A DNA stretch of 41,804 bases from a virus (Duplodnaviria > Caudoviricetes), in IMG/VR virus record IMGVR_UViG_3300049180_000025, positions 1 through 41,804 of that record; one strand, 5' to 3'. This document shows positions 9,850-17,547 of this stretch, piece after piece. The notes below the pieces were generated by a model. The model had not been told where the DNA came from. It saw only the letters and a program-made list of their open reading frames with translations, and made no database searches. Every line of letters begins with the position of its first letter. Within the stretch, counting starts at the first letter, position 1. The position numbers and the translations under genes are program-made.

Positions 9850-10316
9850 TTCCTCCCGCCTATCGCCTCTACGCCGCGCTCGGCACGGGCCTGCTCATCG
9901 CCGCGCTGGTGGTGGCGCTGGTGGTGACGCGGGGGACGCTCCAGCGCGTCAAGGCCTCCCACGCCGCCGAGCTGTCCGCGATCCGGGAGCGCACGGCGGA
10001 GGCGAAGGCCGCAGACATGGCCCATGCGCGCGCTGTGGAAGTCGCGCAGAGCGAAACCAACCGAAAGGTGACACATGCCTACCAAGCTGATCTTGCTGCC
10101 CTGCGTGGCCGTCTTGAGCGCCTGCGCGCATCAACCGCTCAAAGTGGTGGCGACCGAACGAGTGTGTCCGTCGTTCCCGTCGCCCCCTGCGGACTTAATG
10201 GTCCCGCCTCGGGTTACACGGTTTCTCCCGAACTGATGTTCGAAGCCGAAGCCAATACGCTCCAGCTGACCGCGCTTCAGGCGTGGGTGAAAGCCCAAGA
10301 GGAAATTGCCCGATGA
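9846..10316 (+). CDS. Rz: Rz-like inner-membrane spanin
   Basis: N-terminal TM followed by coiled coil; nested lipoprotein ORF. Confidence 0.8.
   Translation: MIPPAYRLYAALGTGLLIAALVVALVVTRGTLQRVKASHAAELSAIRERTAEAKAADMAHARAVEVAQSETNRKVTHAYQADLAALRGRLERLRASTAQSGGDRTSVSVVPVAPCGLNGPASGYTVSPELMFEAEANTLQLTALQAWVKAQEEIAR
10075..10236 (+). CDS. Rz1: Rz1-like outer-membrane spanin lipoprotein (53 aa, embedded in Rz)
   Basis: MPTKLILLPCVAVLSA-C lipobox, Pro-rich tail, AAGGTG SD; not in ORF track. Confidence 0.85.
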   Translation: MPTKLILLPCVAVLSACAHQPLKVVATERVCPSFPSPPADLMVPPRVTRFLPN

Positions 10317-11677
10317 GTGGACTATCTCTGAGCCTCGGGCTGGGGCTGACGGCGCAGCGTCCCGTGGGCTTTTCGCCTTTGTCCCTGCCCACCCTCTATG
10401 TCGCCGGGGCGTCGCTCGAATCCCGCAATCATGGCGGCGACGCATCTTCACGCTTCGGTCATAGCTGCGTCGGACCGCTCACATGGGCGAATATGCTGGA
10501 CGCCGAACGGCTGTTCGATCTGCGCGTGGCGAAGCTGGCTGGCGTCTCGCCCTATTGGCAGCCAGGAACGAACTTCGCCGGATCGGGCGCGAGCTATGGC
10601 GCAGCCGGGTCGTTCGGCAGCTCGATCGCCGACCAGGCGGCCGAAGTGGCGGCAGCGATCACGCCCGGTTCGGCGGTCTATTGCTCGCTCGGCCGAAACG
10701 ATCTGCCGACTGTCACGGCGGCGGAATATCTCGACAATTTCGATACGTTTATCGCCACGATCCGGGCGGCAGCACCATCGCTGATTATCGTTCCCGGCCT
10801 GTGGAAGCGCGACACGTCAGCGGGCGGGACATGGGCCAGCGGGGGCACATCCCGGCAGGACGTGGATGATATCAACGCCGGCATGGTCACACGCTGCGCT
10901 GCCTATTCGAACATGGTCTATGTCGAGCTCCAATCGGTCATGTGCGACGCTAGCGGGGATCAAAACCCGAAAGCCGGTTACCTGGTTGACAGCACCCATT
11001 TCGCACCACTTGGGGCCTATGTCGCGGGCAAGGCGATCAAGGCGGCGACGGCGGGCTATATCACGCCTACCGCTTTCCCGGCGCGGTCTGGCGACGATCT
11101 GCTGACCGATCTGTCCGGAACGGGCGGCACGCTTACCAATGGCGCGACCGGATCGGTAGCGGACGGCTGGACGCTGCTGCGGGGCGCTTCGGGCGATGCA
11201 ATGGCCGTGGCGGCGGCGCGGTTTACCGAGGGTGGCAAGGAGTGGCAGCGGATCACCTGCACGCGGGCGGCGACGCATAGCGGCGGATCGGATAGTTTCA
11301 CCTTTCGGCCGACATCGGCACTCTCGATCGCCAGCGACGCCAATTATGTCGCGCGGGCGCGCATCCGCGTTCCGATCACCACGGTCGTCCAGATGTTCCA
11401 CTACGGCCTCACAGAACTGACTTCGGGGGCGACGCAGCGGTCTGGCGCGATCTTCGGCACGACGGACGGGCAGGACGCAGTGATCGCTGATGGCGCGGCC
11501 ATTCTCGGCTATGCGAGCAGCGAGGCGCTGGACCTGTTTGTCGAGACGCCTGTGATGGTGACTGATTCTGGCAGCACGCGCACCGGCGATGTCCGTTTTT
11601 CCAACGCTATAAACCAGGGCACGGCGGGGACGACGGCGGTCTATGAGATTACGGACCTTCAGATGGAGCCGGTTTGA
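10313..11677 (+). CDS. SGNH/GDSL hydrolase-domain virion protein; probable head-spike fibre
   Basis: Blocks GAS, GSFGS, GRND, DSTH; N-terminus MSGLSLSLGLGL; ATGA-coupled to Rz. Confidence 0.7.
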   Translation: MSGLSLSLGLGLTAQRPVGFSPLSLPTLYVAGASLESRNHGGDASSRFGHSCVGPLTWANMLDAERLFDLRVAKLAGVSPYWQPGTNFAGSGASYGAAGSFGSSIADQAAEVAAAITPGSAVYCSLGRNDLPTVTAAEYLDNFDTFIATIRAAAPSLIIVPGLWKRDTSAGGTWASGGTSRQDVDDINAGMVTRCAAYSNMVYVELQSVMCDASGDQNPKAGYLVDSTHFAPLGAYVAGKAIKAATAGYITPTAFPARSGDDLLTDLSGTGGTLTNGATGSVADGWTLLRGASGDAMAVAAARFTEGGKEWQRITCTRAATHSGGSDSFTFRPTSALSIASDANYVARARIRVPITTVVQMFHYGLTELTSGATQRSGAIFGTTDGQDAVIADGAAILGYASSEALDLFVETPVMVTDSGSTRTGDVRFSNAINQGTAGTTAVYEITDLQMEPV

Positions 11678-11862
11678 TCCTCACCTTCCCCCATCGTTGA
11701 AACTCCGCTCCCCGCTTTTAGAACACGTGCGATTTTCGCCCATGCCCCATGTCTTTCAGCAGCTTCTTTGTTCAGGTCATAGGCTATCGCGTACACGCGG
11801 CCTGTTCCTTTTAAAGGCCGGTGCCCCATTCCTCTCCCTGGGGACATCGGAGTTACGGACAT
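11659..11862 (-). pseudogene. vapD: VapD/Cas2-like endoribonuclease, N-terminal fragment
   Basis: VYAIAYDLNKE...AWAKIARVLK resembles the VapD N-terminus (MYAIAFDL...); the conserved QGSVY part is absent; alternative GTG start at 11796 with AAGGA SD. Confidence 0.55.
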
Positions 11863-12019
11863 AGACCAGCCCTTCGAAAAGCGTTTTACCTCGCTTTCCG
11901 ACTAGACGAATCTTCGCAATTTCGCTAGGCAGAAAGCGTCGAGGGCCTTTGGCCCCCGACGCAATCCGCCTAGGCTAACAAAGCGGCTTGCCACATAGGG
12001 TTTCTCTCTTTCTACCCGG

Positions 12020-12140
12020 GAACGGTCGATAGACGTTGAACCCAAGGCTTCGAAAACGTTGGCGCGTTTCCTTGGCCCGCGTCTGAGCCGGAGGCATTCT
12101 TGCCTTCCGGCTCATTCTCTTTGTGGCCGTGCTCGGCCAC
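12020..12140 (+). ncRNA. Putative structured small RNA
   Basis: Back-to-back hairpins 12031-12084, 12084-12114 (followed by ttctcttt) and 12123-12140; boundaries and strand inferred. Confidence 0.4.
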
Positions 12141-12218
12141 GATCTTCTGGGCAATGGCGGAATCGGCTAGCGTCCCCGTCGGTTCGTAGGGGCATGTCAC
12201 GCCTCTAGCAAGCGTGGG

Positions 12219-12428
12219 TCAAGGGGATAATCGGGTATCGTAGGGATGGAGCGGCACGTCGCGCTTGATGACGTCATAGCCGCCTTCGTTTAGCAGCCGA
12301 AGTAGGATCAAGCCTCGGTCGATATAGTCACCGACGCGCTTGTCGGCAGCGGCGGCATTCGTGATTTCCCCGAGCCTCCATGCGTCGAGGTTAGGCATCG
12401 CGGCGGTAAGTGGCCTTTTGTCAGTCAT
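12219..12428 (-). CDS. Hypothetical protein
   Basis: AAGGAG SD; ATGA-coupled. Confidence 0.65.
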   Translation of the reverse strand: MTDKRPLTAAMPNLDAWRLGEITNAAAADKRVGDYIDRGLILLRLLNEGGYDVIKRDVPLHPYDTRLSP

Positions 12429-13366
12429 GACGGCTCCTTGGGAGAGAGGAATGCGTTGACGCGATCCATAACGGCTTTTGTGTTGGGCGTGAGGCGCAGA
12501 GGCTGGAACCTCGCGCGAACGGCTATCATCACCTCCCTCGCCTCCGCCAGCTTCGCCTCAACCTCTTCCCGCTGTAGGGTGGCCGCCGCGAATTTATCCT
12601 GCCAGTGGGTCACGGCGGCTTCGGCTGCTGCTGCGTAAGCCTGCTGCTCTCCGAGCATTTCTCTGAGTATAACATCAAGCTGGCGTAAATCTTCAACCTC
12701 GGCTTCGAGCGTGCGGATTGCGGTGAGGCGGTGGCGCTTCATAGCCTGGATGATCAACTCGCCATCATGGTCGCCTGAACGTAGCCATACGCTATCGACC
12801 TCGGAAGGACCAAAGTCGTTTATGCCCTCACCATATTTAGCATCCCACGCCTTAACAAAGTTAGCCGCAGCGTCCCGATCCTCCTGCGTCACCTCTCCCT
12901 GCTCGCTGGCCTCGACGAGCGGCTGTTCGGGCTTGGGGAGGGTGGCGAGGGCTGCTACAGCTTTCCGGAAGCACTCAACCTGCTTGTCATCAGCAAACCG
13001 ACGATCCTGCCAGTTTGTCCAGTACCCGTTGCATTCGATCGCGTAATTCGGCTGACCGTTGAAATCAGGGTTGGGGCACAGGACTGTAACCGTATCGCCC
13101 TCGCCATCAGTGAGGACTTCGATCAGCCGCCATATTTCCACGGCTTCGCGGTCACTGACGGCTTGTCCGGGCTCCCGATCCACCCCCTCGCAGGCTGCTT
13201 GCTCGCGGTGGCGGGCGAGGCTGGCTTCACACATCTCGGCCATCGCACGATTGCGAAGAGCTTTCATGTCAGCATCGGGCGTGCCCTTGATGGAGTGCAG
13301 CCGCTCATATTCACGAAAGGTCTCGGCGCACTTTTGCAGCACGGCGCGGGGGTCGGTGGTGGTCAT
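12425..13366 (-). CDS. Hypothetical mosaic phage protein with C-terminal coiled coil
   Basis: 313-aa ORF, coupled overlaps at both ends. Confidence 0.7.
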   Translation of the reverse strand: MTTTDPRAVLQKCAETFREYERLHSIKGTPDADMKALRNRAMAEMCEASLARHREQAACEGVDREPGQAVSDREAVEIWRLIEVLTDGEGDTVTVLCPNPDFNGQPNYAIECNGYWTNWQDRRFADDKQVECFRKAVAALATLPKPEQPLVEASEQGEVTQEDRDAAANFVKAWDAKYGEGINDFGPSEVDSVWLRSGDHDGELIIQAMKRHRLTAIRTLEAEVEDLRQLDVILREMLGEQQAYAAAAEAAVTHWQDKFAAATLQREEVEAKLAEAREVMIAVRARFQPLRLTPNTKAVMDRVNAFLSPKEPS

Positions 13367-13563
13367 TTGTGCGGCTCCAATTCACGGATCATGAAGAAAT
13401 GTTGATGCCCAACTTTGAAGGCGGTAAATCGAGGGAATGACGAGAGCCATGCGAGCCAGCGCCAGCGATAGATTTTGCGGCCTATCTCTCGGTAGGGTGT
13501 TATCTCGGGGCCAAGCACCCGAACCTTAGTGATGACAGCCACCGGATCGGGGTCAGCCATCAC
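13363..13563 (-). CDS. Hypothetical protein
   Basis: GTGATG-coupled ORF. Confidence 0.55.
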   Translation of the reverse strand: MMADPDPVAVITKVRVLGPEITPYREIGRKIYRWRWLAWLSSFPRFTAFKVGHQHFFMIRELEPHK

Positions 13564-13658
13564 CGCACCAAGGTGTAGATGATGTAAATCATCGCTGGCA
13601 CCGCCAGAATTATCAAACCTATTCCTATGCCGGAAAGAATGATCAGGTCGCTTTTCAT
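13560..13658 (-). CDS. 32-aa single-TM peptide (MKSDLIILSGIGIGLIILAVPAMIYIIYTLVR)
   Basis: Manually translated; coupled to both neighbours. Confidence 0.5.
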   Translation of the reverse strand: MKSDLIILSGIGIGLIILAVPAMIYIIYTLVR

Positions 13659-13831
13659 CCTCGCTTCACCCTATATACAACAAATGCTACGGCCCCCATC
13701 CGCTCCAGAGTTGCAAATATAAAGCCAGTCGGGACACCATTCATCAGGCGAGCCAGGTTGTAAGCAGCTTCCACGGCCTCCTCTTTCGTTCGGTGAACAC
13801 TATGAGTTCTTCGATTAGTAAGTTCGACCAT
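13655..13831 (-). CDS. Hypothetical 58-aa protein
   Basis: Manually translated; GAAGGAG SD; fills the gap with overlapping stop/starts. Confidence 0.55.
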   Translation of the reverse strand: MVELTNRRTHSVHRTKEEAVEAAYNLARLMNGVPTGFIFATLERMGAVAFVVYRVKRG

Positions 13832-14030
13832 CACCGCGCTCCTTCATAATTCGAGTGGCAGGTCTGAACGCTCTCGTCATCCTTCAGGCAGGATAGCAGG
13901 GCACCATGCCAAGCGGAGTCGGGATTGCGGCAGCGCCCGCCATAGCGAGTGCCGTTCGGCTCGAAATGGGCGCAGGTCTGACAAGAGCGCCGGTCCGCTG
14001 CTAGTGCTCCGGTCATCACCGCGCTCCTTC
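13829..14030. repeat. 17-bp direct repeat catcaccgcgctccttc at 13829-13845 and 14014-14030
   Basis: Exact match; each copy is SD plus overlapping stop/start on the minus strand. Confidence 0.85.
13831..14019 (-). CDS. Small Cys-rich hypothetical protein
   Basis: CxxCxH...C...C pattern; strong SD. Confidence 0.6.
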   Translation of the reverse strand: MMTGALAADRRSCQTCAHFEPNGTRYGGRCRNPDSAWHGALLSCLKDDESVQTCHSNYEGAR

Positions 14031-14330
14031 TTCGGACTGGGCTGCTGTCGGCGGGGTGGGCGTGAGGGCTGCGTCAATGCGCCGTAGCATGTCGGCCTTG
14101 GCAACCGTGCCACGCTGCGTCTGCGGCTCCCAATAGATCAGCCCTTTGTCGCGTACTTCGCGCAGCAATGCCTCCACCCCTTCACGCGCCGGGGTGGGCG
14201 CTGGGGCATCCTTGCGCGAGCGGAGGCGTTGGGCTGCCTGGCGCATCAGTTCACCTTCCTCGGTATCGTGAAATAGCTGCGAGCTGCCTTTGGCTTCCAG
14301 CGCATCCGCCAGTTCGTCGTCACTCAGCAT
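14016..14330 (-). CDS. Hypothetical protein
   Basis: Start MLSDDEL with AAAGGA SD. Confidence 0.6.
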   Translation of the reverse strand: MLSDDELADALEAKGSSQLFHDTEEGELMRQAAQRLRSRKDAPAPTPAREGVEALLREVRDKGLIYWEPQTQRGTVAKADMLRRIDAALTPTPPTAAQSEEGAR

Positions 14331-14536
14331 CTTCGTTCCTTTGCGGAGGGGGTGGGCGATGCGGAAACGCCGCCCTTGATCTCGCGGAGAAAGAACCGCC
14401 GACCACTCTTTGTTTGAAAGTGCCAACCCCAGCCGGGGCGTGACGGTGGCCGCTCAAAATCGGCTCGATGCTCTAGGATGAGGTCGAGAACGTCGTGCAT
14501 CTCATCTGGCTCTGCGTTAATGATGATCCGCATCAC
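14324..14536 (-). CDS. Hypothetical protein
   Basis: GAGGAG SD; coupled. Confidence 0.6.
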   Translation of the reverse strand: MMRIIINAEPDEMHDVLDLILEHRADFERPPSRPGWGWHFQTKSGRRFFLREIKGGVSASPTPSAKERRC

Positions 14537-14781
14537 TCTCTCTCCTCAGACGGGCGGGGCTTGTGGTCGGCCTGTCGGATCGAGCCATGTATGAAAGAGC
14601 GCATCGCCATATATGCCCGGCTCTCTCCTAGAATCATCCGGTAGCCCGGCGCTTCCAGGCTACGCCCCGCCATGATGTGCTCCCCGGCTCTTTTCGAGAG
14701 CGCAGCAGCGCGCTTCACGCACCAATCGTCCATTTCGCGCCATGCCTCCCTCCCACACTCGCGGGGATGCTGCTGCGTCAT
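14533..14781 (-). CDS. Hypothetical protein
   Basis: GGAGG SD; coupled. Confidence 0.6.
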   Translation of the reverse strand: MTQQHPRECGREAWREMDDWCVKRAAALSKRAGEHIMAGRSLEAPGYRMILGESRAYMAMRSFIHGSIRQADHKPRPSEERE

Positions 14782-15092
14782 GCGACCTCCATTATGCCAT
14801 CTGAATCGCAGCCACGACCGATGCCAAGCGCTTCTCCAATGAGGCGGCCGAGATATGCGTCGCCAAAGGCTGGCGTGCCCATGTAGTGCCCAGGGCGAGT
14901 AACTAGACCACAGGCGAACCGATCGCCCATGCGCTCAATCGCCGGGCAACGATCCTGCTTCCCGAGATATTCGACCGATAGGGCACACTGCTCCATGATG
15001 CAGCACAGCCCGCAGCCGTTGCATGGGGCTCCAAAAGCTGGTTTGCCCACCCCCTCTCCCCCCGGCGCAGGGGTCACCTCAGCACCGCTCAT
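14778..15092 (-). CDS. Cys-cluster protein (CxxCxxCC; Zn or Fe-S binding candidate)
   Basis: CNGCGLCC plus further spaced Cys residues. Confidence 0.6.
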   Translation of the reverse strand: MSGAEVTPAPGGEGVGKPAFGAPCNGCGLCCIMEQCALSVEYLGKQDRCPAIERMGDRFACGLVTRPGHYMGTPAFGDAYLGRLIGEALGIGRGCDSDGIMEVA

Positions 15093-15203
15093 GACGGCCT
15101 CGGGGTGGAGGGGGAGAGGCGGCCGATCTGCTTCGGGACTATTCCGGGACTCTCGGTTCCGAAAGCTCCCATTCGGCTCCCGTTTGTTCCGCGAAACCGG
15201 GTC

Positions 15204-15237
15204 TTGCTATTGCCTGAAACCCGCCTAAAAGGCCGGG
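15204..15237 (+). promoter_or_regulatory. Putative stable-RNA-type promoter upstream of the tRNA fragment
   Basis: TTGCTA-N16-TAAAAG followed by GC-rich discriminator gccggg, ~18 nt before tRNA position 1. Confidence 0.5.
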
Positions 15238-15249
15238 AAACCCGATCTG

Positions 15250-15287
15250 GGGCGGTTAGCTCAGTTGGTAGAGCATCTCGTTTACAC
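15250..15287 (+). other. attP core: 5' half of tRNA-Val(TAC), positions 1-38
   Basis: GGGCGGT-TA-GCTC-AGTTGGTA-GAGC-A-TCTCG-TTTACAC gives acceptor 5' strand, D arm and anticodon loop; no 3' half follows; 35 bp from int stop. Confidence 0.85.
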
Positions 15288-15322
15288 GGTGATGCCTTAT
15301 GTGGCTGTGAAGCGCGCATTTC

Positions 15323-16378
15323 CTAACCTTTCCGCTTCTTCGATTTGTCGGCTCCGGGACTATTCCGGGACTCCGATACCTCCAAGGCGTTTCTGACGTC
15401 CTCATCGGCGGCGTGGGCGTAACGCAGCGTCGTCTTGATGTTCTTGTGCTTCAGCGCCTCTTTCGCCGCCGCTAGGTTGCCAGTTGCACGCAGGATGCGC
15501 GTCCCCCTGGTGTGGCGCAGATCATGGAAGCGGAAGCCTTCGACCTGCGCAGCCTTCTTGGCCGCCGCCCACGGCACCCGCATGGCCGTCGCGGTCATTG
15601 GGTAGCGCTGCCCCTTGCGCCGTTTCTCTCGGCTCTTCTGGCAGACATAGGTGAACACGAACGGCCCGACCTTCGGTTGGTTCGCGATCAAAACTATCAT
15701 GTCGCTGGTGAGCGGGCGCGTCACGATGTCGCCGCCCTTGATCTTGGTCTTGGCGATGGCGGCACCCAAGTCGCAATCCGACCAACGCAGGCCGAACACC
15801 TCAGACTTGCGCCACCCGGTCAGCAGGGCAAAATGCACGCAATCGCGCACGTCAGCCCGCAAGTGGTCGAACAGCGGGGCCTCCTCTGTCGCGGCCAGCT
15901 CGCGCGGCGCAACGGCAGGCACCTTCAGCATGAGCGCGCCCCAATCGGGCATCTCCCCCACGTCGAAGCGGGCACGCGCTGCCCACCGCCAGACGGCCCG
16001 ACAGTTCTCAACCTCGCGGTTGACGCTGGCGTTTGATCGGCCGTTGCGGCGCTTGGAGAAGAAGTGCAGCAGATCCCGCTGCCCAACGTCGGACAGGACA
16101 CGGTTGGCCCCAAGCCCTTTGACCAGGGCCGCCAATATGTAGCGCATCGTGGCCCATGACGGCTTTTCCTTGACCTTTGCCTCGTATAGCCCGCAAGCCT
16201 CGTCGACGGTGATCTGAGGACGCTCCTTGACGCCGGCACGGGCCTTGGCTTTCTCGCGTTCTTCATAGGCTAGGGCCTCGCGCTTTGTTCGGCAGCCCGT
16301 CGAGCCATGAAACCTAACACCCTTCCACTGGAAGTCATATTGCCAGAACTTCGAGTTCTTCGTTTGGTAGACTGACAC
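15323..16378 (-). CDS. int: Tyrosine integrase
   Basis: TGWRKSE (R), FHDLRHT (HxxR), LKH...TTLRYAH; N-terminal arm-binding region. Confidence 0.95.
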   Translation of the reverse strand: MSVYQTKNSKFWQYDFQWKGVRFHGSTGCRTKREALAYEEREKAKARAGVKERPQITVDEACGLYEAKVKEKPSWATMRYILAALVKGLGANRVLSDVGQRDLLHFFSKRRNGRSNASVNREVENCRAVWRWAARARFDVGEMPDWGALMLKVPAVAPRELAATEEAPLFDHLRADVRDCVHFALLTGWRKSEVFGLRWSDCDLGAAIAKTKIKGGDIVTRPLTSDMIVLIANQPKVGPFVFTYVCQKSREKRRKGQRYPMTATAMRVPWAAAKKAAQVEGFRFHDLRHTRGTRILRATGNLAAAKEALKHKNIKTTLRYAHAADEDVRNALEVSESRNSPGADKSKKRKG

Positions 16379-16563
16379 GGCTCGGCCTTTCTGACGCGCG
16401 AGGCGAGAAAATCGTCACAGTCCTCGGGTCTGTATCGGATCTTGCGTTCGGTTATGGCGACGTAACGGATAAGGCCATCACGCCGAAGCTGGCGCAAGGT
16501 CTTGGTGCAAACGGCAATCCGCGCCGCCGCCTCTTCGGCCGTGAGTAGCTCCGCCCCCATCAC
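16270..16563 (-). CDS. xis: Excisionase-like HTH protein
   Basis: LLTAEEAAARIAV HTH_17-like; overlaps int start. Confidence 0.75.
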   Translation of the reverse strand: MMGAELLTAEEAAARIAVCTKTLRQLRRDGLIRYVAITERKIRYRPEDCDDFLASRVRKAEPCQSTKRRTRSSGNMTSSGRVLGFMARRAAEQSARP

Positions 16564-16841
16564 TCGCCCCCTGGGGAGGGGGGAAGGGGCCGGAACATGA
16601 CCACACGCTCATAGCCGGCGGCTTCGGCGAGGCGATCAGCAATCCCGCGATTGCCGTTCAGGACATCACTTAGATAACCCTGAGACACCCCTAGCTCGGC
16701 GGCCAATTCCTTCGCGAAAACCCGCTTGCCACCATGCCAACCAATGCGCGCGCGCAAAACTTCACGCAGGCCGTCCTCGTCTACCGCAGCCCGCTCGATC
16801 TCAGCCTCGGAGGGTCCTGCATGGACGGAGGGGAGGGTCAT
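16560..16841 (-). CDS. XRE-type HTH protein
   Basis: KELAAELGVSQGYLSDVLNGNR. Confidence 0.75.
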   Translation of the reverse strand: MTLPSVHAGPSEAEIERAAVDEDGLREVLRARIGWHGGKRVFAKELAAELGVSQGYLSDVLNGNRGIADRLAEAAGYERVVMFRPLPPSPGGE

Positions 16842-17128
16842 GGGAACATATCCCGCACGACTGCGCCTGGATCGATCGGCTCAGGCCCTCCCTCAATCGG
16901 AATGAATGCCGTGCAGCGCGGGCCAGACGGCCCATCCTGCCGCCACTCCCTCGGGTATGCCGGGTCGTTGACATCGTAGACCATCGTGTTGGCGGCAATC
17001 AGGCAACTGTCTCCAGTGCCTTCACGGAAAGCCCGGTCTTGTTCGCACTTGGCGCACCAGCGATCCATGAAATCCATGCCTTCAAAGGCGCATGACGGGC
17101 GGTAAGGCGTCATCTCAGCCACATTCAT
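16838..17128 (-). CDS. Hypothetical Cys-containing phage protein
   Basis: Start MNVAEM with AAGGAG SD; WCAKC motif. Confidence 0.65.
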   Translation of the reverse strand: MNVAEMTPYRPSCAFEGMDFMDRWCAKCEQDRAFREGTGDSCLIAANTMVYDVNDPAYPREWRQDGPSGPRCTAFIPIEGGPEPIDPGAVVRDMFP

Positions 17129-17547
17129 TCTCCTTTGAGTGCTGCGCGGGCGCGGAGTACGTCCGAGACCTGCTGGTAGACATCCGGCGGTGGAACGAAG
17201 AAGCCGAGTTGCCCCTTGCAAGGTATCAGCGGCAGCGGGAACGCCTCGCCAATCACGAAGCCGTAGCGGCCGAAAAACCACCGACTATCCATCTTCTCGA
17301 CGCAATCGACGATCTTCATCATGCCGACCACTCCGCCGAGTGGCAGTTCGCCTAACGACTTCGGGGTAGGCCCATCCGTCTTCTTGCCGGCATGGACGAT
17401 CACCCAGCCACGCCCTCTGGTCGGCCAGTCGCGGTTCTCTACATCCTTGCCGTCATGGAAAATGTGGTGCGGATAGGGCTGCTTGATCGACAGCGCTTTG
17501 ATCAGTCCAGCTTCCACGCGCGCTGCTAGATCCATATCCTCGCTCAC
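17125..17547 (-). CDS. ASCH domain protein
   Basis: KALSIKQPY...GKDVENRDWPT..RG...VHAGK; KGQLGFF. Confidence 0.9.
   Translation of the reverse strand: MSEDMDLAARVEAGLIKALSIKQPYPHHIFHDGKDVENRDWPTRGRGWVIVHAGKKTDGPTPKSLGELPLGGVVGMMKIVDCVEKMDSRWFFGRYGFVIGEAFPLPLIPCKGQLGFFVPPPDVYQQVSDVLRARAALKGE

Larger units (their letters stand above)
15134..15373. repeat. 19-bp direct repeat cgggactattccgggactc (15134-15152, 15355-15373); putative integrase arm-type sites
   Basis: Exact match; each copy has two tandem cgggact units; copies flank the tRNA fragment. Confidence 0.75.

Noticed and set aside
12012-12200. 62-aa minus-strand ORF as a real gene
   Set aside because: Weak SD, no recognisable motif, and it coincides with dense hairpins better explained as RNA structure; not fully excluded
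11659-12216. CRISPR array, retron or DGR associated with the Cas2-like ORF and hairpins
   Set aside because: No regularly spaced repeats, no cas1 and no reverse transcriptase anywhere in the genome
15250-15325. Complete phage-encoded tRNA-Val
   Set aside because: Sequence after the anticodon loop cannot form the 3' anticodon stem, T arm or acceptor stem
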